Assembly: GCF_006345805.1 (NCBI RefSeq)
Contig: NC_042999.1
Coordinates: 74,524,001 to 74,588,000, forward strand
Length of the DNA stretch: 64,000 bases
Source: Octopus sinensis
Lineage: Eukaryota
Direction of reading: 5' to 3'
Every line of letters begins with the position of its first letter. The first letter of the stretch is position 1. Below are positions 25,205-38,244 of the stretch, piece after piece. A program made the translations under genes and the position numbers. Under the pieces are notes generated by a model. That model searched no databases, was not told the DNA's origin, and was given only the letters and a program-made list of their open reading frames with translations.

Positions 25205-25637
25205 GCACATAAAAGTACCATTCAAGCATGACCATTACCAGCGTTGCCTTACTGGCACATGTGGCGGTGGCATGTGAAAAACAACATTTGAGCGAGGTTG
25301 TTACCAGTTTCGCCGGACTGGCTCCTGTGCAGGGAGCATATGAAAAGCATCATTCAACCGTGATTGTTACTTGCATTGCCTCACTGGCACTAGTGCCAGT
25401 GAAACGTGAAAAACAACATTCAAGCAATGTCATTGCCAGTGCCGCTGGACTGGCTCCTGTGCAGGTGGCACATGAAAAACACCATTTGAGCGTGGCCATC
25501 ACCAGTACTGCCTAACTAGCCCCTGTACTGGTGGCATGTAAAAGCATCCACTACACTCTCAGTGTGGTTGGCATTAGGAAGGGCATCCAGCTGTAGAAAC
25601 TCTGCCAGATCAGATTGAGCCTGGTGCAACCATCTGA
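25204..25637 (+). mobile_element. RTE tail fragment with 66-bp tandem units
   Basis: Repeating gccagtgccgctggactggctcctgtgcaggtggcacatgaaaaacaccatttgagc units. Confidence 0.75.
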
Positions 25638-26911
25638 TTGTCAAGGAAGTTCTTGTACTTTTTAAAAATTTATGTTTTAAATGATGTATTTTCAAATTAA
25701 TTTTGTTAAATTACTTTGACTTTATATATCATTTTAAAGCCCGTTTTTCGCTCTATCTAATCATGTTACTCTTTTTCTTATTAGGCCAATTTTTCCGGAA
25801 CATTGAATACAACATGGACAAAAAGCAAATTTGCACGATTTTCTTATTCCAGTTCAAGCTAGGCCGAAAAACTGCTGAAACAGCTTGTGATTTCAACAAT
25901 GCGTTTGGCCCAGGAACCACTAATGAACGTAGAGCACAATGGTGGTTTAAGAAATTTCGTAGCGGTGACAGGAGTCTTGAAGATGATAAGCATAGTGGTT
26001 GGCCATTGGATGTTGACAACAATCAACTAAGAGCCTTAGTGGAAGCCAATCCATGCACAACTGTTCCAGAGCTTGCTTCTGAATTAGGTGTAACGTATAT
26101 GACAATTTCCAACCACTTGAAAGAGATTGAAGAAACAAAAATACTTGAGAAATGGGTGCCGAACAAATTGAACGGCAACAAAAAAAAAACGCTGTTTTGA
26201 AGTGTCGTCTTCCCTTCTTTTATGCAACAAGAATGACCCATTTCTCGACTGGATTGTAACTTGCGATGAAAAGTGGATTCTTTATGACAACTGGCGACGC
26301 TCAGCTCAGTGGTTGGACAGCGACTAAGCTCCACGACACTTCTTGAAGCCAAAGTTGCACCAAAAGAATGTCATGGTGACTGTTTGGTGGTCTGTGGCTG
26401 GTATAATCCATCATAGTTTTTTGGATCCAGGTGAAACCATTACGGTGGAAAAGTACTGTCAGCAAATGGATGAAATGCATAAGAAACTCCAAAAACAACA
26501 GCCAGCATTGGTCAATAGGAAAGGACCAATTCTTCTCCATGACAATGCTCGGCTGCATGTCGCACAACTGACTCTGCAGAAGTTGAACGAATTGGACTAC
26601 TAAACTCTGCCTCATCCACCATACTCACCAGACCTCTCGCCTACTGACTACCACTTTTTCAAGCTTCTCGACAACTTCCTGCATGAGAAATGCTTCATAA
26701 ACCAAGACGATGCCAAACTCATCTTCAACGACTTCATCACCACCCGAAAGCAGGATTTTTACGCTACTAGCATAAATAAACTTGTTTTGCGTTGGCTAAA
26801 GTGTTTTGATTCTGATAGTGTTTATTTTGATTAATATAGTTCTGTTTGAGCTGAGATATTTTCACCTCAATTTAAAGGTTAAAAACCACCAAGAACTTTC
26901 TTGACAACCTA
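25638..26911 (+). mobile_element. Hsmar1/cecropia-like mariner, frameshifted pseudogene, left TIR clipped
   Basis: MDKKQI.TIFLFQFKLGRK, KWVP, VTCDEKW, LHDNARLH, HPPYSPDLSPTDYHFF; right TIR caagaactttcttgacaacctaa + TA. Confidence 0.9.
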
Positions 26912-26969
26912 ATAATACAATGCTCTTATAAAATGATAATTATTTCTTCTTTCCTTCTCACACCTACAG

Positions 26970-27080
26970 TTCATGTCAATCCTATTGCTCTGCAAGGTTA
27001 GTGTCATTGAAAACCGGTGAAGAATGTCACAGTTTGTCTTTTAAAACGCTGCCAATACAAAATGTCGAATGCAATGCTCG
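26970..27080 (+). CDS. BCAS3: BCAS3 exon (phase 2 to 2): SCQSYCSARLVSLKTGEECHSLSFKTLPIQNVECNA
   Basis: Acceptor ttccttctcacacctacag, donor gtgagt; resembles human [33 protein letters not shown]. Confidence 0.9.
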
Positions 27081-27599
27081 GTGAGTATCATGTTTTTTTT
27101 TGTTTGTTTCAGTCATTTAACTGTGGCCATTTTGGAGCATCACCTTGGAATTATTTTAGTGTACTGGCTAAACAAAATAGTTTAATATTCGGGCATATAA
27201 ACCCCTAATTTTCTCCATTGGGGGCTTATATGCCTAGATATTCAAGTATTTTGTTTACCCAGTTACATGGTGATTACTATGCTGGGCAAAATTCCCAGTG
27301 GAATTTTGTCCACTTTGATGCTCTGAATTCAAATTTCACGCAGGTCAACTTTGCCCTTCATCCTTTCAGGATCGATAAAATAAGTACGAGTTGAGCACAA
27401 GGGATGATGTAATTTTCTTAACCCCTCCCTTGAATTTACTAGCCTTGTGTCAAAACTAGAAGCCAATATTAACATTAATTAAGGTAGCGAGCTGGCAGAA
27501 TCATTAGAATACAGGGTAAAATGCTTAGCAGCATTTTGTTTGTCTTATATTTGTCTAGTAGCTTTTGCTGCTGCTGCTGCTTATTATTATTATTATTAT

Positions 27600-28914
27600 T
27601 ATTTGTTAGGTAGTATGACTTCTTGCTTGTATTTGTCAGCTTCATTAAATACTGAAAATAGTTTTTTGTTTTGCTCATGTTTTGTGGCTATATGTGTTCT
27701 TCTATATGTTGCTTCTGAAGTAGGTATTTTTGCAGTCCTATGGTGGTTATTTTATAATAGTTTTCCAGCTGTATAAGGCCTCTACCACCTTCTATACGTT
27801 GTATATATAGCCTTTTTTATGTTAGATTTTAGGTGGTGCATCCTAGATCCTGTCAATATTTTTCTTGTTTTCCTGTCTATTTTGGTTAGTTCATTTAGTG
27901 TCCAGTTAAGGATATTGTAGCTGTAACTTTTAACTGGGATGGCTAGAGTGTTGATACCTATTATCTTGTTTTTAACATTGATCTCTGTTTTCAGTATTGA
28001 TCTAACTTGTCTATAGTATTCTTTCTTTATTTTCTCTTTCATTTGTGTTTTGTATCATATCTAGTTCATTGATTCCTAAATATTTGTATATCTGGCTTTG
28101 GTCTAATTCTCTTATTTCATTGGCTTTATCTAGTGTGATGTTGCTACTCTTAACTTGTTTTCCTCTTTTCAAGGTTGTTTTGGCACATTTTTCTAAGCCA
28201 AATTTCATATTTATTTCTTTGGTAAATCCATGTACTGTCTTCAGTAGTGTTTCCAGCTGTTTATCATTTGTAGCATATAGTTTCAGGTCATCCATATATG
28301 AGAGGTGGCTGATTGTTTTGCCGTAACATTTGTATCCGCATCCAGTTCTGTTTAGCATGTCAGATAAAGGTGTCTGTGCCAAGTAGAAAAGGAGTGGAGA
28401 GAGCGTGTCAACCTGGAATATTCCTCTTCTAATAGGGGTGGCTTTGGCTTACACTAGTTCCTCTTTTGTTTGGAGCTGTAGCACTGTCTGCCAATTATTC
28501 ATAGAGTTTCTTATGTATTTTATAATTATTGATGCTACCATGTTCATGGCTAATGTTTCAAGGATCCACATGTGGTGAATGCTATCAAAAGCCTTTCAGT
28601 AGTCAAAATAGGCTATACTTAGGCCTTTCTTCTTTCTGTAGCTGTCTTCAGTTTTGGCTTTATTGATCATTAGCTGATCTTTAGAGCCATATGAGCCCTT
28701 GCAGCATCCCTTCTGCTCTTCTGAAAACAGGTTGTTTTCTTCCAGATACTTGCTCAATCTCTGTGATATTATTGTAGTAAAGGCTTTGTAAATTGTAGGG
28801 AGACAGGTCATTGGTCTGTAGTTTTGTGGGTTTGCCGTTTCAGTGAATTTGGGAATTAGGATAGTTTTCCCTTTTGTGAGCCATTCAGGCATTGTCTCTG
28901 GCTCTGCTAGTATG

Positions 28915-28915
<1 letters not shown>
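27600..28915 (-). mobile_element. R4/Dong-like LINE RT fragment
   Basis: PEWLTKGKT, NYRPMTCLPT, EEQKGC, SHLSYMDDLKLY, KFGLEKCA. Confidence 0.85.
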
Positions 28916-28949
<34 letters not shown>

Positions 28950-29800
28950 CATCATCATCATTATTGAGTGAGAGAGCAGTGAATGCCATCAAAGAGACAC
29001 TGGGGTACAAGTATATGAAACCCAGTGTACCCATGCTCTCTACCTGTCTGATAAGGGTACACTAGGCACATGCATTGCAACCATATCTGCGCAACATGGT
29101 GATCTCATATCAAGATTAATCTTGTGAGTGGGGCCCAGATACAATTCTCTTCAGGTCGAGTAGCCCATCCTGCTCAAAAGGTCCCTGAATAGGGGTTGTT
29201 TAAGGATGTTGAACGAAACACCCATGTTTCTAGAGGTGAATTATCCAAACTCCAACGAATTCCTCTCAACTCATAGCTATGATGCTCCCCACTACTTCGG
29301 ATTGTGATCAGAGATGCACATATCGTCATCCAGTAAGGGACATGCTTAGCTGGTTAATATCAAACAACTGACAAGCAACTCAGTGGTATTGAGCTGAATA
29401 TTTGCCCATCATTTATACCAAGACAAAACAATGATAACACTTCCAAACAGTTAAGATTATTCCAGAGTATTCAAGCGGTTCCAAGCAGTGCTGTTTTTTG
29501 TAAGTGCTCCACTCTTATTGCAGCCCCTATTTGTTCCATGTACTTCTCGAGATTTTTGCTCACTGTTCCCAGGGTCCGACAATTATTGGTACTTCTACCT
29601 TTTTCATCGACCACAACTGTTTAACTTCCCAAGCTAACCTGTCATATCTCTTGACTTTTCTTTCCTCTTTATCGCATACCTTGTTGTCAGCTGGGCATGC
29701 TATATCTAGGATCTTTGCATTTCCATTTTGGATGATGTCTTCAGGTTTGTGGTCGTACCAATTTTTTGCTGGCAGAATTGTTAGCATGACAGGAAAAATG
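28916..29800 (-). mobile_element. R4/Dong-like LINE 3' end (restriction-like endonuclease, ~500-bp 3' UTR, (TAA)n tail)
   Basis: HKPEDII, ILDIACPAD, KEERKVKRY, VPIIVG; UTR pieces recur at 43880-44100 and 45000-45200. Confidence 0.75.
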
Positions 29801-29911
29801 TGTAGCGCCCCGTGAAATCGCTGGCCTTGTGCTGAAATTTGAAATTACTTCTTGTTGATTGTGTTATATTGTTTTTATAACTTTTTATTAATTCCTCCAA
29901 CATTTCCACAG

Positions 29912-29988
29912 GGTTGTTATAACAGTTTTTGCGGAGAAAATGGCTGTCTTTGAAGCTTGCCAATTCCGTCAACTATTTTGGATCACAA
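29912..29988 (+). CDS. BCAS3: BCAS3 exon (phase 2 to 1): VVITVFAEKMAVFEACQFRQLFWIT
   Basis: Acceptor catttccacag, donor gtaagt; resembles human [25 protein letters not shown]. Confidence 0.9.
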
Positions 29989-30041
29989 GTAAGTAAATGT
30001 ATTAGATTTAAAAGAAAGTTCCCACAAATTTTATTGGTTTC

Positions 30042-32150
30042 ATCATCATCATCATCATTGTTTAATGTCCGTTTTCCATGCAAGTATGGGTTGGCTGGTT
30101 CATCTGGGGTCTGGGAAGTCAGGAGGCTGCACCAGGCTCCAGTCTGATCTGGCAGTGTTTCTACAGCTGGATGCCCTTCATAACGCCAACCACTCTGTGA
30201 GTGTAGTGGGTGCTTTTTACATGCTACAGGAAGCTGGCAATGGCCATGATCAGTGGGTGCTTTTTACGTGCCACCAGCATGAAAGCCAGTCAAGGTGGTG
30301 CTGGCATCGGCCATGTTCGGATGGTGTTTTTTATGTGCCACCGGTACAGGAGCCAGAGGAGGCTGGCAACAGCTACAATCAGTTGGTGCATTTTATATGC
30401 TACCAGCGCAGAAGCCGGTCAAGGCGGCACTGGCATCGGCCACATTCAGATGGTGCTTTTTACATGCTACTGGCACAGGAGCCAGAGGAAGCTGGCACCA
30501 GCTACGATCGGTTGGTGCTTTTTACATGTCACTGGCATGGAAGCCAGTCAAGGCGGAGCTGGCATCGGCCAAGTTTGGATGGTGCTTTTTACGTAACACC
30601 GGCATAGGTATCACAACTACAATTTCCATTTGATTTTCATTTTGATGCTGATGTACTTAGCTCAATAGATCTCCTCAAGCACAGCATGTCACCCTACGAT
30701 CTAAGGTACATTTGAATGGGCTGGGGCTGGTTATGTGAAACTGCTGTAGGATACAGCCATAAACTCACTTTATTTGCCAGGTCTTCGCAGTCACAGCATA
30801 TCTCCAGAAGTCACAGTCTTTCTTCATTGCCTCTGTGTAGTCCTTGTTCGAAGGTCATGCTTCACCACCTCATCTCATGTCTTCCTGGATCTACCTCTAC
30901 CCCGGATTCCTTCAACTGTTTGGGAGTGGCACTTCTTCACACAGCTCTCCTCATCCATCTGTAGTATATGACCATACCAACGCAGACGTCTCTCTTGCAC
31001 GCCACATCCAATGCTTCTTATGTGCAACATTTCTCTTAGGGTGCTTACACTCTGTCGTGTGTGCACACTGACATTACACATCTAGAAAATCATGCTAGCT
31101 TCATTTCTTTCGATCCTACACATGTCTTCAGCAGTCAGCTCAAGTTTCACTGCCGTGAAGCATGGCAGTTTGCATACATGCATCGTACAATCTACCTTTC
31201 ACTCTGAGCGAGAGGCTCTTTATCACCAGTATGGGTAGAAGCTTTCTGAACTTTGCCCAGGCTATTCTTATTCTAGTGGTAACACTCTCTGAGCATCCAC
31301 CCCCACTACAGACTTGGTCACCTAGGTAGTGGAAGCTATCAACTACTTCTAGTTTCTTCCCCTGGCATGTGATGGAGTCTGTTTTCTGAGCATCTGTGGT
31401 GTTTATTGCCCCTGTGCATCAGCTGCACATGAAAGCTATCTTCCCAGTTAATTTTCCTTTGATGTTGCTGCACCTCTTATGTGTCTATAACTTACACTGG
31501 GTACATCTTGTAGAATTTCTACTCACACCTTTTCTACAGATCAAGCAGGAGTGTGTGATGTGTTCGCCTTCCTACTTACTAGAACTTTGGTCTTTGCAAC
31601 ATTGACTCTAAGGCCCTTTGATTCTAAACCTGAAATTACTTCTCTAGTTTTGGTAGTGATTCTGCTATGAGGGCCAGGTCATCAGCATAGAGGAGTTCCC
31701 AGGGGCAACCTGTCTTGAATTCCTCTGTTATTGCCTGGTTGGCTAAGATGAATAAGAGGGTACTGAGGGTGATACTTGGTGGATCCCTACTTCTACCTGG
31801 AATTCTTCATTATACTCATTTCCAATCCTAACCCTACTGATGGCAGGGTCTGTACAGCCCTAATTAACCATTCGTCAATCCCTAGTTTCTGCATCGCCCA
31901 CCAGATAAGGGTTCAGAAGACCTTGTCAAAGGCTTTCTCCAAGTCCACAAAAGCCAAATATAGGGGTTTATCTTTGGCTAGGTATTTCTCCTGCAGTTGA
32001 CGTACCAGGAATGGAGCTTCTACCAGGCACAAAACCGAACTGCATCTCGTCTAAGTGGACTCTCTCCCTAATTAATTGGGCTATGACCCTCTCAGTGACC
32101 TTCATCACCTGATTCAACAGTTTGATACCCCTGTAGTTATTTCTATTGAT
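30042..32150 (-). mobile_element. 5'-truncated RTE LINE (RT, C-terminus, repeat-containing 3' UTR, (GAT)n tail)
   Basis: NYRGIKLLNQVMKV, EMQFGFVPG, VDLEKAFD, LYADDL, GRGRSRKT; tail with 66-bp units at 30042-30700. Confidence 0.9.
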
Positions 32151-32203
32151 CCTATATGAATAAATAAAACTTCCAAAGATTAATCTCAATATTTAAGGAC
32201 TAA

Positions 32204-32317
<114 letters not shown>

Positions 32318-32514
32318 TAAATTACGATATCATTGTTTTGTTCTTTCAGATTTTTTTCATGTCTAATTGTTTGGCAAGAAGTTTTTTTTTTAATCTCATG
32401 GTTCCAGATTCAGCCCCATTGCATAGCACCTTGAGTAAGGGTCTTCTACTATAGGCCCTTGCACCAACTCCAAAGCCATGTGAGTGGATTTGGTAGGTGG
32501 AAACTGAAAGAAGC

Positions 32515-34400
32515 CTGTTGGATGAGCAAGGTCATCAGCATAGAGAAGCTCCCAGAGACATCCTGTCTTGAATTCCTCTGTTATTACCTGGAGGACTATG
32601 ATGAATAAGGGGAGGCTGAGGACTGATCCTTGGTGGACACCTACCCGGAATTCTTCACTGATCCAATAACTTGATACTTCTGTAATTATTCGTATCTAAT
32701 GCATCACTTTTACCTTTGTAGCAGTTGATTATAGTGCTTCTACACCAGTGATTCATGTATCACTTGGTTGACTATACAGGTAACTAGACTATAGATGACA
32801 CTGCCAGATATTTTAAGCGTCTCTGTGGTGATTTCTGATGGGCCAAGGTCTTTCCCTGCCTTCGTACTCTTAATTGCTTTATCTACCAAGGTACTGTCAA
32901 TTCGGATATCTGGTCCCTCTGTTGGGTCGACATTCTGTAGACTCTCTTTCTCCCATTCATTCTCTTCATTTAGCAACCTTTCATAGTGGTGTCTCCAAGT
33001 TTCTCTCCTTGCAGCCTCATTAAATGCAAGGAAGCCATCATCCATGTGGACACATTTCTCTCCTATGACATCACTATTCTCTCTCCCACACTGTCTTGCA
33101 ACAAGAAACACCTCAGGTCTTTGGTCCACATGACACACAATATGGGCAAATTTTTTCTGATCTGCTTCCCCTCTGGCTAAATAAACCTGTCTCCTAGCTT
33201 CCTTTCTGGCAGTCTGATACAATTCCCTGCTACCACCCTTCTTCCAGTCCTTCCATGCCTCCTTTTTTACCCTGATGGCCTTGTCAACTACATTGTTCCA
33301 CCACTACCTTGGGTTGAGAGGGGACTTTGCACCATCCACAGATCTGGTCAGTAGCCCTCAGCAGGTTGTCCCATAGAAACCTCCAGTTGTCTTCCACATC
33401 ATGTGATGCTATATCCCTCTCTATTTTGTCAAAATCTTAAGTAATATGTCTCTAAATCTCTCCTTAAGCTTCCAGACCCTTCTTCTCCATGCTGGCCATC
33501 TTCTGGGCATCCATTTAGCCCTGATCCTGAAGTCACTAACTACTAATCTGTGTTGTGGGGTGCATTCTTCACCAGGGAAGGCTTTGGCATTTATAAGTAG
33601 CCATCTTTCCCCTTTCCTGGTGAGGATGTAGTCAATTTGACTAGTGTGGCCACCAGATTCGTAGGTGAATAAGGTGACTGGCAGGTTTCCTGAAGTTAGT
33701 ATTACAAACCATAAAATCATTTGTATCACAGAACTCCAGCAGCCTGGTTCCATCCTCATTGCTGGAACCAAAACCATAGCCTCCACGTATGCCATGGAAG
33801 TGCCCTGCATGTTGTCCAACATGCCCATTGAAGTTACCAGCCACAAAGAGAAGGTCTTTGTCATTTGTCGACGAGGTAGTCTGCAAGTGGGTGTCATAAA
33901 ATTGGTCTTTCTGTTCCTCAGGTAGCCCCAGCTGAGGGTCATAAGCCAACATAATGGTTGCTAATCCATGTTGCAGCACTAATCTAATCTTAAATATTCT
34001 ATCACAGACTCTGACTACCTTGATTACCTTATCAACCCATTTCTCCTCAAAAAGTATTACCCACACCTCTGATCCTGTCAGTGTTCCCTGCCCAGAAAAT
34101 CTTATACCTATGTTCTTTGCCTGTGAGGAACATATCAGAACTTACACTCAACCTTACTTCTTGGATGTAGCACAAATCTACACGTCTCAGTTCAAGCATC
34201 TCAACAATCTCACCAGACCTACCTTTCAGTGTGCCAACCCTGAAGGTGTGGGAGATGTGGGCCTGACCCTGAGATGGGAGACAGCAGTCATGTACCTGAA
34301 AAGAAAGCTTGCATTTGGCAGAACTCACGTACATACAATAGCCTTCAACCTGCATACACTAAACCATCATTTTATGCATTACATAATCACTACATTACAT
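32515..34400 (-). mobile_element. RTE LINE 5' part (APE endonuclease, linker) with internal deletion
   Basis: RVGTLKGRSGEIVEML, AGNFNGHVG, NEDGTRLLEFC, SQIDYIL, PQHRLVV; jumps from NNYRSIKLLDQ to VGVHQGSV...YADDL. Confidence 0.85.
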
Positions 34401-34739
34401 AGGAGATAAACCCTAAGTAGCGATGGGGGAACATTAAGCCTTTGGAAGTGTTCATGGGAGAGATATCTGATAGAGGTCAGAGGATAGAGACTTCAGGTAC
34501 AGGTGGTGGGGTTGGGAAGGGCAGACACACCACGAAACGGCAAAAACTCCGGCTGCTGGTGTGAGATAATATTGATGCTAATAGTGAGATAGAAATTTGA
34601 AATTCTTAACTAGAGATATAACAAAGAGTTTTCGGTCAGCCAAACAGTGACATAATTAGATGAATGAATGAATAAATGGGGATAATAAATGTGCGTGAAA
34701 GAGAGGGAGAAAAAGGGAGAGTTGGATCAAGTGAAGAAG

Positions 34740-35528
34740 ACTTGACAAGCCAAGTGAGACCATAGCCCATGCCAGTGGGTGTAACCAGCCCATTTATGAA
34801 TACCCCTCATTCATTGGACAATAAACCTTGCTTGCGAAGACATTTTGAGGTAAATGAAATCAAAATAAAAATTGCTGATGTGGAAGCCGACAGTACTGCC
34901 TGATTGGCACTCGTGCCAGTGGAACTTTGAAAACACATCTGAACATGGGGGTGTAACCGGCCCACTTATGAGTATCCCTCATTCATTGGGCAGTGAACTT
35001 TGCTTGCAAAGACCTATTGAGGTAAGTGTAAACAGATCAAAATCGCTGATGTGGCTGATGACAGTACCACCTGATTGGCACTCGTGCCAGTGGAACTTTA
35101 AAAGCACATCCGAGTGTGAACATTGCCAGGGCCACGGATTGGCTTCTGTGCTGGTGACACATGAAAAGCACCATTCAAGCGTGATCGTTGCCATCATCAC
35201 TTTACTGGCACATGTGCTTGTGGGACGTGAAAAACAACATTTGAGCATAGTCGTTGCCAGTGCCGCCGGACTGGCTCTTGTGCATGTAGCATATACAACA
35301 CCTTTTGAGCATGGTTGTTGCCAGGACCGCCTGATTGGCCCTTGTGCCGGTGACACATAAAAGCACCCACTACACATTCAGAGTGGTTAGCATTATGAAG
35401 GGCATCCAGCTGTAGAAACTTTGTCACATCAGATTGAGCCTGGTGCAGCTTCTGGCTCACCAGTCCTCAGTCAAACTGTCCAACCCATGCCAGCATGGAA
35501 AGCAGATGTTAAATGATGATGATGATGA
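34740..35528 (+). mobile_element. RTE tail element with tandem units
   Basis: Family motifs; ends gttaaatgatgatgatg. Confidence 0.8.
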
Positions 35529-35920
35529 TACAGCATGGAAAACAAGACTGTGTTTACATAGTTATATAAAGAAAAAGAATAATAATGAAATGAACTGATA
35601 TGGTAATTATAATCTGTACTGAAAATAGAGAGGTTTAGATGTACTAGGTTGAAAAACAAGATTGCTTATCTGAACATCTGGTTTTCTACTCGTTTTGGCA
35701 ATGTGTACAAGAAATTCATTAGCTTGCTACTTGCTGAAAGGAGAGAGTGTGATGCTTTCAGCATAGCTCTTTGTCATGTGTATATTTGTGTGTATATTTT
35801 TGTCTGTGTTTGTCTCCCACCATTACTGCATGACAACTGATGTTGGTGTGTTTATGTCCCTGTAACTTAGCAGTTTGGTAAAAGAGCCCAATATAATAAG
35901 TACTAGGCTTAAGAAATATA

Positions 35921-35980
<60 letters not shown>

Positions 35981-35994
35981 CACAGTGATAATTT

Positions 35995-37128
35995 ACAAAG
36001 AAACAAAAGACAAAGGCAGGTGTGTAAACAACAAACAGATGTATTATTTTAGTGCTCGGGAAGTGAGAAAGTCTTTTATGTTTCGAACTTATGCTCTTAG
36101 ACAGAAAGGAACATAGAAATAAACAGGGAGAGAAAATAGAAAAAGGTATAGTGGCTAGCGATCTATCAGCAAATGCCGGACAGAGGGGGTCACACAGGAG
36201 AGCTAGGAAGAAGGGAAGATAATAAAGTAGAGGTGATCCCAAAACAAAGGTGCATGTGTGTGTGTATATGTGAGAGCATGTATGTGCATGCGTGTGGAAG
36301 GGGGCTGGTGACATTGACCTGTGTATGTGTGGGTGATGGTGTAGGTGCTGGGAAATGATCAGTGCTAGTGTGTGCGCTGGTGTGAGTGCTGGGAAGTGGT
36401 CAGTGCTGGTATGTGCAGGGTGGTGTGATGTAGTGCTGTTGGTGTGTGGGCGAAGCAAGGGTAGGGTGGGACAGGATTTATAGGGATGGTGGGGTTGGAA
36501 TGTGTAGGGGTGAGGTAATGAGGGAGAGGGTGGAAGGGAGACCGTGTGTAGGTGTGAAGAGAGGAAGTAGGTGCCAGAGCAAGAGAGGAGAGGTGGGTGG
36601 GAGGAAGTAAGTGTAAGAGGAAGAAAGGAAAGAGGAGGAGGGTTAGATGAAGAGGGGAGAAGAGTTGAACCCATGTGGTGCAAAGGAGCAAAGAAAGAAG
36701 ATTAATCCCTGCTCACAGCAAAGACGGGATCCAGATAGTTCCTGTGCAAGGACAATCTGAACACAGACAGGTGTTTTAAAGAGTGACAGGTAGAGTGGAA
36801 ACGGCATGAGACCAAGGTGTTGCTGAGTTGGATGTCTCAGAGGTGTTCCGCGAACCGGTCAGCCAAGCGGCGTCTCGTTTGACTGATGTATAGAGATGGG
36901 CAGAGAGAGCAGGAGATGCAGTAGATGTCGTTGCTAGAAGTGCAGGTGAAGAAGTCAGTGTATATATATATATAGTTGAAATTTATAGAAAAACAAAAGA
37001 TGGAGACAGGTGTATGAACAACAAGCAGGTGTATTAGTTTGACGCTTGGGAAGGTGAGAAAGTCTTTTACGTTTTGAGCCTATGCTCTTCAACAGAAAGG
37101 AACATGAGGAAATAAGCATATGTACATA

Positions 37129-37130
<2 letters not shown>
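35995..37130 (-). mobile_element. Decayed Penelope-like GIY-YIG fragment between two hammerhead-relic repeats
   Basis: Minus strand 36960-36700 reads FTCTSSNDIYCISCSLCPSLYISQTRRRLADRFAEHL; related blocks at 35995-36170 and 36985-37130. Confidence 0.7.
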
Positions 37131-37200
<70 letters not shown>

Positions 37201-37431
37201 GTGGTCTTCTCCCAGTTTCTGTTTCCTCTACCAGATCCACTCTCAAGGCTTTGATGGGCGCAGGGCTATTGTTGAAGAGGCTTGCCAATAGGTGTCATTC
37301 AGCGGGATTGATCCCAAAATTATCAAGTGAAAGCCATTGTCTTACCACACAGCTAAGCTGGCACTTGTTAACGCTTTTGTAATGTTAAATGATTATGAAA
37401 ATTCTAAAGTTCAATATTTCTTTTCATGCAG

Positions 37432-37515
37432 TTGGTGTCGGTGCATCAATCTTGTGGTGGTATGTCTGGAGATGGATCACAGTCTTACGCAGCTACAGTT
37501 ATCAATGCTGCAAAG
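37432..37515 (+). CDS. BCAS3: BCAS3 exon (phase 0 to 0): LVSVHQSCGGMSGDGSQSYAATVINAAK
   Basis: Acceptor ttttcatgcag, donor gtatgt; resembles human [28 protein letters not shown]. Confidence 0.93.
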
Positions 37516-38244
37516 GTATGTATTGTTTTAAATATCATTAGCAGTTGAGCCTGGTTTCACCTGGTCGGTTTGGATGATGTGACTGTAAAACCTGCTCTGT
37601 GTAAGCATTCGACTTATTTGAGCACACATATGTTAAAAAACAATTTTAGAATGACTTTTTCTGTCAAAACGCTAAAAATAGCTGACCAACAAAAAAAAGA
37701 GAACAAAAAAAGAATCGAAGATTCAACCAAATCAAAAAGTAAACACAAATACTAAGCGAACAAAGATGAACCATCCCACTTCCATTGCGTGCATACACAC
37801 ACACACATTCACATACCCCCTTTTACATACACACATATATTCACACAGAGTTGAAACGCTGTTTGATTTATTTTTTCGGCATACAATTTTCATCATCCCA
37901 CTACCAAGTATGACATCACCCCTTCCTTTCTCCTACATAAACACAAGAGTATTATTATAGTAGACTATCTCGGTCACCATGGGAGCTTTGGAAAAATACA
38001 AAGCCCAGCAACACCACTGGATCATTCTACACATCTGTGTAATTTTTCACGCAATTCCATCCAGCCATTTGACCATGAATCCCAAGACAAGAAAGAATCA
38101 CCCATGTCAAGTTTATATGTATAGACCAGTAGGGTCTGTCGAAATTCCACGGAATGGAAAAAATTCAGAGCACCTAATTAAGAAAGAAAAGATGATTTCC
38201 ATTTTTATAGCACTGACAGTTGTTTTCTTTAAATTAATGAGGCA

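Noticed and set aside
26905-26969. Mariner TIR supplying the branch point (ctaat) for exon 26970
   Set aside because: A closer candidate (atgat near 26931-26935) lies at a normal distance.
26970-26996. Short exon reading HVNPIALQ with donor gttagt
   Set aside because: Wrong frame; the 111-nt exon matches the expected segment and NPIAL is encoded at 32229.
35823-36691. 286-aa Pro/His/Ser-rich ORF
   Set aside because: Low-complexity pyrimidine-rich strand within a decayed Penelope-like element.
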